From Calditrichia bacterium (lineage in GTDB: Bacteria > Calditrichota > Calditrichia > JAJRVZ01), in assembly GCA_963796965.1 (NCBI GenBank), contig CAWCNS010000006.1:32001-96000 (forward strand): a stretch of 64,000 nt of DNA, given 5' to 3'. The notes below the pieces were generated by a model. The model did not search any database. It was not told the origin of the DNA and saw nothing but the letters and a program-made list of their open reading frames with translations. Below are positions 61,177 to 64,000 of this stretch, one piece after another (positions within the stretch are counted from its first letter, which is position 1; the number at the start of each line of letters is the position of its first letter). Position numbers and translations under genes: made by a program.

Positions 61177-63506
61177 TTGTTTAAGTATATACATCTTGTA
61201 TTAATATTGCTTTTACAATTCACATCCCTGATAGCTCAAAATGCCACTATCAGCGGATTTGTTTTTGACGCTTCAAACGGTGAATCACTTATTGGTGCAA
61301 ACTTGTATTTTGAAAAGATAATCAATGGTGCCGTTACCAACCATTCTGGCTATTATGTGATATCAGATCTCCCTCCGGGAGATTATATACTTATTTGTCA
61401 GCTACGTGGGTTTTAGAGATCATAAAGAAAAAATTTCGATTGATGAAAACGAATCTCTTAAGATTTCTATTATGTTGGATCCCTCTCTGCTTGAAACTGA
61501 AACAGTTCAGGTTTTTGCCGATTCTGAGAGGACCGCTATTCAATTATTTAGAAAAGGTGTATCGCAAATTGATCTCTCCCCAATGGAAATCACCTATCTC
61601 CCGGCGGTTGTAGAAACTGATCTTATGCGTTCACTGCAAAGTTTGCCCGGGGTATTACCAATATCAGATTATTCTTCAGAAATTTATGTACGTGGCGGTA
61701 CTTCTGATCAAAATCTCTTTTTAGTTGATGGCGCGGATGTATACAATCCTGAACATGCTTTTGGACTTTTTTCCACGTTTAACACAGATGCGATAAAGGA
61801 TATTGAAATCTCCAAAGGAGGATTCAGTGCTGATTACGGTGGTCGGCTTTCGTCCGTACTCGATGTAACCAATCTTGATGGTAACCGAAATAATTTTGAA
61901 GGTACTGCAGAGGTCAGTCTCTTATCAGCGAAAGCAACAGTTCAACTTCCTATGTGGAAATTCGGCTCTATTTCTGCCTCCTATAGGCGCACCTATATTG
62001 GTGAAACTGCTAAACTATTTGTAGAAGATATTCCTGATTATTATTTCTATGACGGGCATGTTAAAGCATTTTTTGATATTGACGCTGACAATAAACTAAC
62101 TTTTAGTGTTTATAATGGCCGGGATGATTTAAATTACAATTTTAACTCTGAAGAGAAAGATGCCCCCACGCTTCATTACGATTGGGGCAATACAACCGGC
62201 AGTCTGCGCTGGACCCACGTTTTTAATCCCTACTTTTTTTCAAATTTCTGGATCACCGCCAGCCATTTTTCATCCATATTTGAAGTAACAGAAGCAAATG
62301 TCGAGGAGAAGAATGATCTTTCCGATGTCAGTTTTAAGGGACAATTTGAATATTATCTATCACAAAACTTAAGTACAAAATTCGGGTTTGAATTTAAAGA
62401 CCTTGATACCATATTAGAGCAGGATTCGCCCGGCGGTATTATTGATGTAAAACGAAACCGCCGTTTTTATATGGGATACGCTTCACTCCTCTGGAGTCCA
62501 ACTATTCGATGGAATCTTGAAACAGGCCTGCGATATAATTTTTTTAAAGCTGACCGGGATTTAAATGATTGGGCCCCTAGAATTGCCGCTAAATATCGAC
62601 TGACGGAGACAATCAATTTGAAAGCAGCATTTGGCACTTATTATCAGTATCTGCATAAAATTCAACGACCTTTTATTGCTGATATCTGGACCACATCTGA
62701 TCAATATTATGACCGTTCAAAATCTCTCCATTATATTCTTGGTTTTCAGAAAGAGTTAGCAGCTAACTTTAGCTTGGAAATTGAAGGGTATTACAAAAGA
62801 CTATCAAAATCTCTATAAACTTAAACATTATTTTCTTGATTTTGCACCCACAGGATATGATAGCCGGGGACGTCCGATTTATACAGAAACCAATGGATTA
62901 TTTGACCGGGGTGATGGAAAATCATTGGGGCTCGAATTTTTACTCCGGAAAAGATTTGGTTCAGTGAATGGCTGGATTGCTTATTCTTTCGCACAAACAG
63001 AATATGTTTTTGATGATATAAACCAGGAAAATGGTTTTCCCCCTCGTCATGATCGTACCCATGTTATTAATGCGATCATGAATATTGATATCAAAAATGC
63101 CTTACGTGAGTGGCGTGGACAACCCATTCAATCGGATGAAAAAAAATGGCTTTTTGGGATGAATTTTGTTTATACATCCGGTCAACCAATCACCTTAACC
63201 AGTTCAACCTATTCATCCACAAATATTCCAGACCAGGATTATACACAATTATTTCTATACCCAGCAGCAACAAACAGTTTTCGTCTTCCATATTATAGCC
63301 GCCTGGATTTAAGTCTGACTTATAAAATAATGTATGACGGTTGGTCAATGGCGCCGTTCTTACAAATCTATAATATAGGAAATCGTGAGAATGTCTGGTT
63401 CATTGAATATGACAGCGAAGAGAAGGAAAATGTTATAAATCAAACTGTTGAGACAACAGATATGTTTCCAATACTACCTACAATTGGAATAAAATTTGAA
63501 TTTTAA
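61177..63506 (+). CDS. TonB-dependent receptor with carboxypeptidase-regulatory-like N-domain (+1 frameshifts near 61399 and 62800)
   Basis: ISGFVFDASNGESLIGAN; LQSLPGV, VRGGTSDQN, YGGRLSSVLD plug; HDRTH; RLPYYSRLD; terminal Phe. Confidence 0.9.
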
Positions 63507-63524
63507 CTGATGGTGTTACTATAG

Positions 63525-64000
63525 ATGAAAATTATACTTAAGATTTATATAAGAATACTTCTCTTAATTATACTTGTAACGGGTGGATTTCTTCTGTTTT
63601 CTTGTGGAAAAACTACCATTACAATTGATGAGAGTACTTATGAACCAAAGATCGTAATTATCGGCTATATTTATCCCCATACACCGGTAACAAACATCAA
63701 AATAACCCGTAATTTTGCAATCGGAACGATCATTGAAAAAGATGAGGTTCCTCTTCGCGATGCCAATGTCCAAATCAAAGACTTCGTAAAGGATACGATC
63801 TATACATTAGTATACAATGATTTGAAATCTTGCTTTGAGTACCCGGGAGATGATCTTTATATCGATTATGGCAACAGTTATGAAATACGAGTAAATGCGT
63901 CTATTGATGGCCAGAATCTGGCTGCCAGTTCAGTAACAACCATACCGGAACAGGGGTTATTAATCAACCGTGAAGAATCTATTTACGGTGACTTATTTTA
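63525..64000 (+). CDS. DUF4249-like lipoprotein, 3' end outside window
   Basis: Manual translation MKIILKIYIRILLLIILVTGGFLLFSC-GKTTITIDESTYEPKIVIIGYIYP; usual partner downstream of this receptor type. Confidence 0.72.
   Translation, partial: MKIILKIYIRILLLIILVTGGFLLFSCGKTTITIDESTYEPKIVIIGYIYPHTPVTNIKITRNFAIGTIIEKDEVPLRDANVQIKDFVKDTIYTLVYNDLKSCFEYPGDDLYIDYGNSYEIRVNASIDGQNLAASSVTTIPEQGLLINREESIYGDLF

Noticed and set aside
757..63506. Mass pseudogenisation or programmed frameshifting
   Set aside because: Split genes have single-base indels without in-frame stops or decay, no slippery sites, and cluster at AGCT or short runs; sequencing error is more parsimonious
467..63773. Short antisense or nested ORFs in the track (e.g. 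1496-1786, 22844-23344, 35130-35516, 37732-38229, 58789-59181)
   Set aside because: Overlap well-supported genes and show no motifs; shadow ORFs

Overview
AT-rich bacterial chromosome segment of an FCB-superphylum organism (Calditrichota/KSB1/Ignavibacteria-like is my inference from the omega subunit type, fused ccoNO, PNPF C-terminal domains and TonB-dependent receptor). It is mostly housekeeping and metabolic: stomatin-nfeD, a K+ channel/cNMP-binding/unknown operon, valS, rarA, rpoZ, a kamA-like radical SAM gene, glycogen genes, msbA, xth, CYTH, an SBP-histidine kinase-sigma54 activator unit, ilvE, pabBC, murein-peptide recycling genes and a full cbb3 oxidase cluster. The last ~8 kb is an ECF sigma factor locus with exported proteins. 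I saw no rRNA, tRNA, CRISPR array, prophage or transposase. Most notable: (1) a family of 7-bp-periodic inverted-repeat elements at 57.7-61.1 kb, one pair of which brackets a four-helix-bundle gene like a cassette; (2) 9-10 of about 15 frameshifts are single extra bases in or beside AGCT, suggesting an AGCT DNA-modification signature in the sequencing; (3) a duplicated GGAATAA-N11-CCTTGTCTAAC ECF promoter defining a local regulon with a five-repeat secreted protein; (4) a coupled K+ channel + stand-alone cNMP-binding protein + unknown Cys-motif protein operon; (5) a lipoprotein debranching-enzyme homolog with apparently lost catalytic residues. All family calls come from motif recognition by eye, not database searches.
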